Position numbers and translations under genes: made by a program
Shown: piece by piece, positions 25,801-32,000 of the stretch
Layout of the letters: each line of letters starts with the position of its first letter
Position numbering within the stretch: the first letter of the stretch is position 1
Notes under the pieces: model-generated
Told to the model about the DNA's origin: nothing
Database searches by the model: none
The model's input: only the letters and a program-made list of their open reading frames with translations
Origin: Chlamydiota bacterium
GTDB lineage: Bacteria; Auribacterota; JACPWU01
Length of the DNA stretch: 32,000 nt
Direction: 5' to 3'
Assembly: GCA_016196885.1 (NCBI GenBank)
Contig: JACPWU010000046.1
Coordinates: 1 to 32,000, forward strand

Positions 25801-27523
25801 GTGTTCTAAGGCCAGTAGAAAAAAAATACTCCAAAGCCCGTGTCCTTCTTCCTTCCTTCCAGAAGCCGGACAACCAATCTTGGAACTGAATGTCCTCAAG
25901 AATAACCCTCGTATGTGTTTGAGCTATCCATTGCATGAGCATTGCTTCAAAATCTGAAACACATTTTTGAACCCAGTTAAAAACAACCCCGCTGTTTAGA
26001 ATAGACTCGTATGCCTTTCTCATAGCCTGAAGTTGAAAATCAAAATGATGCCTCTTCAATACATTCTCAATGAAATCAGGGATTTGTTCCACCGTCTTAA
26101 TAAATTCGTCTGGTAATAAAGATAAAAGAGAACGATATTCTCCTGAAATGTCTGCTGGACTAAGCCGGGCAGGTCCACCATTGTCTAATATCAAAACAAG
26201 TCTCCGCCCTTCTTCACTGGCCTTACGCCTTGCTTCTTCTAAATCTGGAAGATGCTTTTCAAAATCCTCCTTCGATTGATTAGCCATTGCAATGTATGTA
26301 ATGGAACCTGGTGGAATGCCTGCAGAGGTATCTATTTTTTTAGGCATTTGTAGCTTTTTTCTATTCCATTCATTCACCAAATTCGCGATACGACCAGCCG
26401 GAGCATTTCCTCCTGTAAAATCTAAAACTCTGAGTATTTTCTGAACAATCTTTGTATTTAACGCTTTTCCCTGGCTCCTGGTTAAAAGTTCTCTGAGCTG
26501 GCGATCTAAGTCCGCGTCACTTGATCTTTTTTTCCGTTTAATCCCATTGACTTTTAAAATCTCTCGTTTCAGTTTTTGAAAATCATCATCTGCTAATACC
26601 AACTGATAGGGTTTCGGCATAACGAGGTTATAAATCACATGCCCCGCATACGCCCACAAAGCCTGATTCCACCCCGAACTCCCTTTAGAATATTCAGCAA
26701 ATTTGTCGAAGAAACTCAAACTCTCGGGATCAAAAGAAGCAAGCGCTACGGGAAGTAAACTACTGATGAGAGTGGCAGCAAACCAACGAACTAAAAATTG
26801 TGTGAACTTTTCTTTAGTAGTTAATCCCGGTGGCGCATGAATCAAATGAATCAGGGCAAAAATGAAAGCCCCCACCGGAATCCCCCACACGCCCAATACC
26901 GGCGCCAAAAAACGCGCAAACCCCGGCAAGCCCAAAAGTTCTAACGCTGGAATTACACCTACTCTCACCCAGCGCTTCTTTAAAATCTCATCAGCCCTGG
27001 CCTGGGCCTTATCTTTCTCCATTCCACCCAGCCTCAGAACTCCGTCTAGAACCCAGTTCCAGAGGGGGAGAACGAGTTGAGATAAACCATCTTCCGCCAA
27101 CCCTTCTTGATCCATAGGTAAGCTGATCCTTACAAGATCTTTTTTCTCCAAGCCAGGGGGTCGCGATACTTCCACCTCACTTGATCCAGTTTCACTTGGT
27201 GCAGCGGACACCACCCCTACCATTTCTCCCATCAACTGAAGCGTTCTAACCCCTAGAAAATTTTTTGAATTTCTTTTCCCATCTTTAGCGTCGCCTCCCA
27301 CATATTTCTCCATCAAATCACGAAACTCTTCATATCCCTCCCCCAAAGATTCTTTTAAATAGGCCTCTGTCAATTTTTGAATCGTTCCACCCTCATGCAA
27401 AAGTTGATTCATTTGTTTCAATTTATTGGTTAATTCTGGATCTAAAATGGAGCTTGTCGAATGCCCATGTTTTTTTTGAGCGCTTGAATCACAGGTTTTA
27501 GAGAGGGAACTGATTTTTCCCAT
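22811..27523 (-). CDS. giant multidomain membrane protein: CPBP/Abi-like TM module, TraB/GumN-like C-half, DUF218/YdcF-like domain, HExxH motif
   Basis: 1570-codon frame. CPBP-like FIFALIH and AGHVIYNLV sit in a hydrophobic block. TraB/GumN-like NRNRRIVEQVLEASQKGYAVILLYGAAHFGILEAL. DUF218-like DVFLALGN...IPIVIAAGRGRGT...ESDILKFCFEKEGI...IHIEEQPSRVTVDTLVNS...VELVTSPPLLLRVG. Zincin-like GTSHEAMHEM. The first 27 codons overlap the upstream ORF; an alternative start is ATG 27412 (MNQLL). Confidence 0.75.
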   Translation of the reverse strand: MGKISSLSKTCDSSAQKKHGHSTSSILDPELTNKLKQMNQLLHEGGTIQKLTEAYLKESLGEGYEEFRDLMEKYVGGDAKDGKRNSKNFLGVRTLQLMGEMVGVVSAAPSETGSSEVEVSRPPGLEKKDLVRISLPMDQEGLAEDGLSQLVLPLWNWVLDGVLRLGGMEKDKAQARADEILKKRWVRVGVIPALELLGLPGFARFLAPVLGVWGIPVGAFIFALIHLIHAPPGLTTKEKFTQFLVRWFAATLISSLLPVALASFDPESLSFFDKFAEYSKGSSGWNQALWAYAGHVIYNLVMPKPYQLVLADDDFQKLKREILKVNGIKRKKRSSDADLDRQLRELLTRSQGKALNTKIVQKILRVLDFTGGNAPAGRIANLVNEWNRKKLQMPKKIDTSAGIPPGSITYIAMANQSKEDFEKHLPDLEEARRKASEEGRRLVLILDNGGPARLSPADISGEYRSLLSLLPDEFIKTVEQIPDFIENVLKRHHFDFQLQAMRKAYESILNSGVVFNWVQKCVSDFEAMLMQWIAQTHTRVILEDIQFQDWLSGFWKEGRRTRALEYFFSTGLRTPEQSLQYFQWMDEVVSAWSVYATNRNRRIVEQVLEASQKGYAVILLYGAAHFGILEALQERGSPVIQGRSSANQRKLMQTGGVGGISARLAIGDEISEEEKQKVYLQEPVCSVLGKISRRLGKKNTVQVFEFIGAIASRWEEREILELAQRGYDESEGYVKGWLRDHGTPEERKFFSDTVALGKEPLQEARENFKTVFQDYVDFLSQGDELSDQLPDVFLALGNPDLRAFIEFANTWKGIRDERGLRIPIVIAAGRGRGTIPLIEKTIVHYEALGTLTPAEKKRLEKGITDESFLESDILKFCFEKEGILSKFDEPELIHIEEQPSRVTVDTLVNSKQGVERLFLGRSDLKVELVTSPPLLLRVGATAQKTFEGTGWQILKVKTYPMDLKGLSDTELIELAGYLAGYPEKYTRLYPSLNKWSELRGTQHEHNQNVVSVPLTDQDWQLLRNVQQAFQKYLEQISVRYDTEKNVLVEGGSYAHFDAQNRSDLEYPSQEMAQVNILLDGNPITITVTDGQFSVPDSDEKKALYRLLGIKADQEQEFLKKWGDFIRARAEDLEFETTTLADGEYTFYFGDEKHLKEGYDFRSPYGNCVGDGKFFVNLKHLTNIPQEHRQADWIYGTSHEAMHEMSKKGDELHGVLTYQDIEILRTGLVQDISLIENSDDFKTAFLETLSSESRLVKQMRDEDVSLVHRLLDSRSLYFLDLRQRVMLKFMGWLTDNDALIENRAFDDYLSRRDISDAEVLRTFADILDKYLRDHPRLSRNTLDVLIEELSLSIYEQRGGEIQRLALELRMMYGFAQTGVADQVQRMERLAGDTFTHKEGIVLNIRDGEVRALSEEAAGISEDSVTLDTSLRDALSLRDASVHVEVASSDLSPQEKMRWGLGAALSVKKLWSLKANLKKAIQGRITDLRVPLKFAFDVRSLENPERAQEVLAMVHFLRQMKIDARFFDAKGDVDKDQHGLKDSDFWPMTNQNDIAGNLVLVMGGEKDQIRVK

Positions 27524-29442
27524 TGATCAAATTCTTGAGAAGAAAGATTAGCCTTCTGAAGCATTTTTTCTCCTAGGCCTTCCATTACTTCATAAAATCC
27601 CTCTTTCGATGGCTCTTCTATAAATTCATTAAATTCTTTCATTTTTTGAAAATAAACGCGGCGATCATCTATTTTTTCTGAATGGGGGGCAATGACGCAG
27701 TAGCCCATCTCAGCTTCTTTTAATTTTTCTTTGAGGGCATCTGTATGAAAACCTCCGACGACGACAGCGGCATTTTGAAGTTTCTTTTCTTTGATCTCTT
27801 GAGAAAGTTTCTGATAGAAAATTTTGTCTCGATCAAGCACTTTTTTGTAAAACTTTTTGGCGGTCTGGAAGATGTTTTCAAAGTCAGGGGATTCGAAAGA
27901 GAGGTTATTTTCTTCGCACAACTTTCTTAAGGCTTGAGAAAAGTTTATTACGTACTCTTCTTCTCTTTGTGAGTTTTTCCTCCCCCTTATTTTTTTAAGG
28001 GGGATTGAGGGGGTTACTTCCTCCTCTTTCATAACTCCCCTAACCCCTCTTAACTTAAGAGGGGAACGAAGGCCACTCCATATAGCTTTTAAATCTTCTC
28101 TCTTTCCCTCCATCGATATCACTCGCTTCAAAACAGTGTAATCATTTTCAAGCTTCAGCAGTCTCTTGATTTCCTTTTCATTTCCTTTTCCCCTGTACGC
28201 TGAACGCTCTACGCTGCCCGCTAATTTTTCAACCTCTGAGTCCAATTTTTCCCATGAGATTTTTTTCATAAGGGACATCTGCTCGATAAAAAATTTGAGA
28301 TTGGGATAGAGTTCTTTTTGTTTTTCCCTCCCCTTAATATAAGGGGAGCCGGTGGGGTTATTGACTTCTTCCATAACTCCCCCTACCCCTAACTCCCCAG
28401 GCCCCTCTTTAAAAAAAAGAGGGGGGACGTTCTCTTCATGTTCTGGTTCTAGATATTTACTTAAGAAAAGATAATGCGCTTCATCCCCAATTCTCCCCAA
28501 ACGATGTTCCAGCACATTTTTCATCACTTCGTTAAGTTCTTCTTTCGTCAACTGTTTCTCTAATGTTTGAAGAAATGAAAGATATTCGCTTTCGACTCTC
28601 GACATATCTGTTTTCTTCTCAAGAGTTTGAAGTTTTAAATAAAGACTTATTTGAGGAAAATCCTCTTCTAACTTCAAACCTCTAACATTTAACTGCTGTA
28701 GATATTCCCCCATTCCAATTTTGAAATCTTCATATTGCTTCTTTTTTTTCATCAACTCTAAAAGTTCTTGAGGATAAATTTTTTCTCTCAAACTTTGAAA
28801 CAATTCTTCCAAATCGCTCCACACATGCTCTTGAAGTTCTCGCTCTTCCATCAATTCATTCATGAGTTTTACATTCTCAAGATAGGGCTGAAGTTCTTCA
28901 ACGCCCAAACCGATTGCTCCACCAGTTTTTTCTCCCATTAAAAAGGACTCCACGCCATTGATGTCTCTATCCTGAATGAACTGATCTTGAACCAAAGGCA
29001 GTATTTCTTTTTTTGGAAAAGCTGTAAAAAAACTCATGTCCATCCATCCCGTCGCAGCCTCGGAAAAAACACAAAAAGACTGGCTGGAAAGCTGGGAGGC
29101 TAGGAGGCTGGGAGAAAGCTTTTGCTGTTTAGCTTCCCAGCTCCCCAGCTTCCTAGCATCTTTTGTTTCTTCCTTCAACACCTTCAATATCCTCGCTATG
29201 TTCCTCTCAACCTCTGGATTACAATGAATATCCTCAATTAAGAAGACGGTAGGATTCCCCGATAAAAGCACTTGATCTGTGATTTCTCCCATATCTGCAG
29301 GGATTGGGTTGGAATTCAAGAACATGTCCGGCTGGGAGGGGAGATAAGTCTTAATTGCTTGATGTGGAATGGGTTGTGAATAAGGCTCTATTTGTTGACT
29401 CCAACTTGGTTGAATATCATAAGAGACAAAGCAAAGACACAA
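27442..29442 (-). CDS. Tiki/TraB/ChaN-superfamily protein (intact paralog of 5433..7332)
   Basis: N-terminal VFLIEDIHCNPEVERNIARIL (ChaN/erythromycin-esterase-type GE-H-N motif). C-terminal LDRDKIFYQKL...AAVVVGGFHTDALKEKLKEAEMGYCVIAP (TraB/GumN-type motif). The track start is TTG. An ATG at 29470 with a hydrophobic leader lies one frame off. Confidence 0.75.
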   Translation of the reverse strand: MCLCFVSYDIQPSWSQQIEPYSQPIPHQAIKTYLPSQPDMFLNSNPIPADMGEITDQVLLSGNPTVFLIEDIHCNPEVERNIARILKVLKEETKDARKLGSWEAKQQKLSPSLLASQLSSQSFCVFSEAATGWMDMSFFTAFPKKEILPLVQDQFIQDRDINGVESFLMGEKTGGAIGLGVEELQPYLENVKLMNELMEERELQEHVWSDLEELFQSLREKIYPQELLELMKKKKQYEDFKIGMGEYLQQLNVRGLKLEEDFPQISLYLKLQTLEKKTDMSRVESEYLSFLQTLEKQLTKEELNEVMKNVLEHRLGRIGDEAHYLFLSKYLEPEHEENVPPLFFKEGPGELGVGGVMEEVNNPTGSPYIKGREKQKELYPNLKFFIEQMSLMKKISWEKLDSEVEKLAGSVERSAYRGKGNEKEIKRLLKLENDYTVLKRVISMEGKREDLKAIWSGLRSPLKLRGVRGVMKEEEVTPSIPLKKIRGRKNSQREEEYVINFSQALRKLCEENNLSFESPDFENIFQTAKKFYKKVLDRDKIFYQKLSQEIKEKKLQNAAVVVGGFHTDALKEKLKEAEMGYCVIAPHSEKIDDRRVYFQKMKEFNEFIEEPSKEGFYEVMEGLGEKMLQKANLSSQEFDQWEKSVPSLKPVIQALKKNMGIRQAPF
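27979..28064. repeat. multi-hairpin palindromic element in frame within the CDS (family copy)
   Basis: cctcccccttatttttttaaggggg / gagggggtta...ctaacccctc / cccctcttaacttaagagggg. Translated as SPLKLRGVRGVMKEEEVTPSIPLKKIRGRK. Confidence 0.65.
28195..28222. repeat. array of four 7-nt units inside the CDS
   Basis: gtacgct gaacgct ctacgct gcccgct. Translated as AGSVERSAYRG. The paralog has unrelated sequence at this position. Confidence 0.6.
28326..28426. repeat. multi-hairpin palindromic element in frame within the CDS, absent from the paralog
   Basis: ccctccccttaatataagggga ... ggtggggtta...ccctacccct ... cccctctttaaaaaaaagagggggg. It corresponds to a ~36-40 aa insertion (NVPPLFFKEGPGELGVGGVMEEVNNPTGSPYIKGREK) relative to the 350-aa paralog fragment. 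Confidence 0.7.
29086..29157. repeat. inverted repeat of 8-nt units in frame within the CDS
   Basis: gctgggag gctaggag gctgggag - aaagcttttgctgttt - agcttccc agctcccc agcttcct agc. Translated as KLGSWEAKQQKLSPSLLASQLSSQ. Confidence 0.75.
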
Positions 29443-29675
29443 AATGACACTGATGAGTTTTTGAACTCATTTCATAAAAATGTCTTTACCTCTATAAAAA
29501 TTCATAACTTATTTATATACAAAAAGATACGACATTATTATTTTTTAAAAAACAAGGCCGCACGAGATTATCATTCAATGAGAATAGACATTTTATGAAG
29601 GGGAAAGGTCAAAGGAGAAAAAATGTGATTTTGGATTTTAAATAGGATAGAATGACTCTTAGTAAGGAGTTTTTC

Positions 29676-29966
29676 ATGCCTCTCTACGAGTTTCTCAAGA
29701 AAAGAAGAAATGACATCCTTCAAGCTGCTCTGCGACATGGGGCAAAAAACGTACGCTTGTTTGGCTCGGTTACACGTAAAGAAGAAAATACCCAAAGTGA
29801 CATTGACCTTCTCGTCGAAATGGAAAAAGGGAGAAGTTATCTTGACTTAGTTGAGTTATGGCAAGAATTAGAGGAACTTCTTGGGAAGAAAGTAGACCTT
29901 CTGACAGACGGAGGGATCAGTCCTTATTTAAAAGATCGCATTTACTCTGAAGCCATTCCCTTATGA
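29676..29966 (+). CDS. mntA: nucleotidyltransferase antitoxin (MntA type)
   Basis: RLFGSVTRKEENTQSDIDLLVEM (GS-x10-DxD). Start set at ATG 29676, preceded by AAGGAG at a 6-nt spacing (the track start 29652 is also possible). The stop overlaps the hepT start (ATGA). Confidence 0.85.
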   Translation: MPLYEFLKKRRNDILQAALRHGAKNVRLFGSVTRKEENTQSDIDLLVEMEKGRSYLDLVELWQELEELLGKKVDLLTDGGISPYLKDRIYSEAIPL

Positions 29967-30292
29967 AGGACAACTCCCTTTATCTTCTGCATATTCGAGA
30001 CGCACTCGATCTCATCCTGGAATATGCTTCTTCAGGGAAAGAGTTTTTCATGCAAGATAAGAAAACTCAAGATGCAATCATTCGCAATCTTGAAATTCTT
30101 GGAGAAGCAACGAAAAATATCCAGGAAGATTTTAGACAAGTGCATTCAGAAATTCCTTGGAAGGCTTTGGCCGGAATGAGAGATAAACTAGCCCATGATT
30201 ATTTTGGCGTTAATCTTGAGATTGTATGGGAAGTTGTGGACAAAAGAATTCAAGAACTTAAGGAAAAGATTAATAACCTTTTAAACAACTGA
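29963..30292 (+). CDS. hepT: HEPN/DUF86 toxin (HepT type)
   Basis: 109 aa with the Rx4HxY motif (MRDKLAHDYFG) and the typical IIRNLEILGEA segment. Confidence 0.88.
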   Translation: MKDNSLYLLHIRDALDLILEYASSGKEFFMQDKKTQDAIIRNLEILGEATKNIQEDFRQVHSEIPWKALAGMRDKLAHDYFGVNLEIVWEVVDKRIQELKEKINNLLNN

Positions 30293-30315
30293 CATCTTTC
30301 ACTTTGCAAAAAAAT

Positions 30316-30492
30316 TTAGCGATTAGAATAGCACTCTCGATACAGAATCTCTCTTTCTTCTTTTAGACCTACGAGCAACTCGTTAAGAGTTTTTCCTGAA
30401 GCTGTGAGGAGCTCCCGAAGCTTTCTCCGAGATTTTTTCAATTCAAGCTTTTTAGAGCTACGGCATTTTCGATCAAATCTTTCTCTCTCCAT
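30316..30492 (-). CDS. possible 58-aa basic protein overlapping the 3' end of coaX
   Basis: Below the ORF-track size cut-off. The ATG at 30492 is preceded by AGAGGA. Translation MERERFDRKCRSSKKLELKKSRRKLRELLTASGKTLNELLVGLKEEREILYRECYSNR. No family recognised. Confidence 0.3.
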   Translation of the reverse strand: MERERFDRKCRSSKKLELKKSRRKLRELLTASGKTLNELLVGLKEEREILYRECYSNR

Positions 30493-31279
30493 TTTGGTCC
30501 TCTTTTTTCTCCTCCAAAATATCGTAAATGGCCTTAAGTCCTTTTATCGTCAGATTTGAATCAAAATGATGAACCTCTTCAATGTCGGAAAGAAAATAAG
30601 AAACGTAGCCTCCAGTCGCGATGACTTTAACGTCCATCTCGTAACCTGGGAAAACTTCTGCTTTTAATCTTTTCAGCAAAAATTTGACCATGCCCACGAA
30701 CCCCCAATAAATACCAGATTGAATCGCAGAAATGGTGTCTCTACCCAAAACTTCATTTGGTTTTATGATATTGACCCAAGGTAGGAGCGCTGTTCTCTCG
30801 TGCAAAATATCTCGGCTCAGGCCCATCCCTGGCAGAATCACCCCTCCCAAATATTCCCCGCCAAAAGAAATGATATCGAAGGTCACCGCAGTTCCAAAAT
30901 CAACGACAATGGCAGGTGTTCCATAAAGTTTTCGAGCTGCAATCGCATTGGCAATCCGGTCGGCTCCGACTTGTCTTGGATTTTTGTACCAAATCTTAAG
31001 GTCTATATTGAGATCACTGGAAACACAAACGGGCTTGACTGAAAACAATTTTTCACAGAGTGATTCGAAAACTTCTTTCAGCTCTGGAACGACCGTGGCA
31101 ATGACAACCCCTTTGATTTCCTTTTGCTCTTTCAAACCATCTGGTAAATTCTTGAGATAATAGACTTCATCTTTTTTGACCGTCGCAATTCTCCAAAAAT
31201 CCACCACGGCATCCCCTTTAAAAACACCCATCACTATATTTGTATTGCCAATATCCACAACTACAATTTTACCGGACAT
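30473..31279 (-). CDS. coaX: type III pantothenate kinase
   Basis: VVDIGNTNIVMGVF, VGADRIANAIAA, VVDFGTAVTFD, ATGG. AAGGA 8 nt upstream of the ATG. Confidence 0.93.
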   Translation of the reverse strand: MSGKIVVVDIGNTNIVMGVFKGDAVVDFWRIATVKKDEVYYLKNLPDGLKEQKEIKGVVIATVVPELKEVFESLCEKLFSVKPVCVSSDLNIDLKIWYKNPRQVGADRIANAIAARKLYGTPAIVVDFGTAVTFDIISFGGEYLGGVILPGMGLSRDILHERTALLPWVNIIKPNEVLGRDTISAIQSGIYWGFVGMVKFLLKRLKAEVFPGYEMDVKVIATGGYVSYFLSDIEEVHHFDSNLTIKGLKAIYDILEEKKEDQNGERKI

Positions 31280-31296
31280 AATGGATCCTTTTTTAT

Positions 31297-31326
31297 AGCG
31301 TACAGCGATCAGCGTTCAGCGGTCAG
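31297..31326. repeat. array of four imperfect 7-nt units 5' of the coaX start
   Basis: agcgtac agcgatc agcgttc agcggtc ag. Located in the 73-nt birA-coaX spacer. Confidence 0.7.
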
Positions 31327-31352
31327 TTTGAAAGGAACGATTTTATTTTTCG

Positions 31353-32000
31353 CTACACGCTCATTCGATCTAAAATTTTTACATCTCCACTTAAGAAAGC
31401 CTCAATAAAGCCTCCCTCTCTTCTTAAAAGCAAAGCCCCTTTCGCATCCGTTCCCAAAACAGTCCCCTCCCATTTTTTATCACTCACCTTCACCTCTACC
31501 CAATGTCCGACAAGTGATGAAAGCCTGGACCATTGAGACAGAAGAAAATCGTACTCCTGATTCTGGAGATGCTCATAAGTCTTTTCTAATTGTAGTAGTA
31601 ACTCTCTCACAAGAACTGTTCTGTCCCATAAATGTCCACTGAGCATCGCCAAAGAAGTGACTGTTTTTTGGATATCTTCAGGGCATTCAGAAGAATCCAT
31701 ATTCACATTAAGTCCGATACCCACAATCACATGCTTGACCTCATTTTTTTCGGATTTCATCTCTGTTAATATTCCTGCCACCTTTTTCCCTTCCACATAA
31801 ATATCATTCGGCCATTTAATGAAGGCGTGAAAACCCTCTTCCCGTAAAAGAGAAGCCACCGTAACAGAGCTCATGACAGTGATCAAGGAAACCTCTTCGA
31901 GCCGTAGCGAAGGCCTCAAAATTAAAGACAAAAGAATGTTCTTGCCCTTGGGTGAAGACCAAGACCGCATCATCCGTCCCCGTCCTTGCCTTTGATATTG
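31353..32000 (-). CDS. birA: biotin--[acetyl-CoA-carboxylase] ligase BirA (5' end beyond the window)
   Basis: The frame stays open to the window edge. It reads GRGRMMRSWSSPKG (the GRGRxGRxWxSPxG motif), KWPNDIYVEGKKVAGILTE and GIGLNVN. Confidence 0.92.
   Translation of the reverse strand, partial: QYQRQGRGRMMRSWSSPKGKNILLSLILRPSLRLEEVSLITVMSSVTVASLLREEGFHAFIKWPNDIYVEGKKVAGILTEMKSEKNEVKHVIVGIGLNVNMDSSECPEDIQKTVTSLAMLSGHLWDRTVLVRELLLQLEKTYEHLQNQEYDFLLSQWSRLSSLVGHWVEVKVSDKKWEGTVLGTDAKGALLLRREGGFIEAFLSGDVKILDRMSV

Noticed and set aside
23104-27080. Plus-strand ORFs antisense to the 1570-codon gene (23104..23346, 25775..25957, 26070..26279, 26862..27080) and the alternative-frame ORF 25699..25899
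   Set aside because: They are short, have no promoter or RBS signals, and have skewed composition. Unlike 4541..5032, they do not coincide with an anomalous stretch of the host protein.
11280-31326. Heptamer and octamer arrays considered as a CRISPR array
   Set aside because: The units are 7-8 nt with no spacers, each array is only about 28-35 nt long, and no cas genes are present.

Overview
This is a roughly 40% GC bacterial chromosome segment, probably from an uncultivated lineage. I found no rRNA, tRNA or CRISPR array, and almost all coding is on the minus strand. The housekeeping backbone is a GGDEF cyclase, mraZ, alaS, recA, thpR, cinA, an SDR sugar epimerase, a GT2 glycosyltransferase, mnmA, a cysteine desulfurase, coaX, and birA (which runs off the right edge). 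Two accessory islands interrupt this backbone, at about 1-8705 and 22216-30300.

Each island carries one copy of a paralogous cassette. The cassette is a Tiki/TraB/ChaN-like gene followed by a giant ORF (1350 or 1570 codons). Each giant ORF has a CPBP/Abi-like membrane module near its N-terminus, followed by different envelope-type enzyme modules. The left copy has a phosphodiester-glycosidase (NAGPA)-like module. The right copy has a second TraB-like half, a DUF218/YdcF-like module and an HExxH motif.

The left cassette is split over five reading frames. It also holds a 163-codon coiled-coil ORF, with its own promoter-like signal, embedded antisense in the giant ORF without closing the giant frame. 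In the right cassette the two ORFs overlap by 82 nt in -1 register across an A8 tract. Paralog comparison indicates the two ORFs are one unit. Both cassettes are flanked by toxin-antitoxin-like modules: NTase plus a HEPN remnant, DUF4160/DUF2442, a TumE-like relic, and MntA/HepT.

The window is also dense in small repeats:
- a roughly 130-195 nt element in two copies, each directly 3' of a stop codon, with compensatory base changes that suggest a structured RNA
- a 47-59 bp double-hairpin REP-like element in two inverted copies
- palindromic elements inserted in frame into the cassette genes
- about eight arrays of imperfect 7-nt repeats with a fixed CpG phase, mostly just 5' of start codons

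All domain calls are motif recognition by eye. No search was run.
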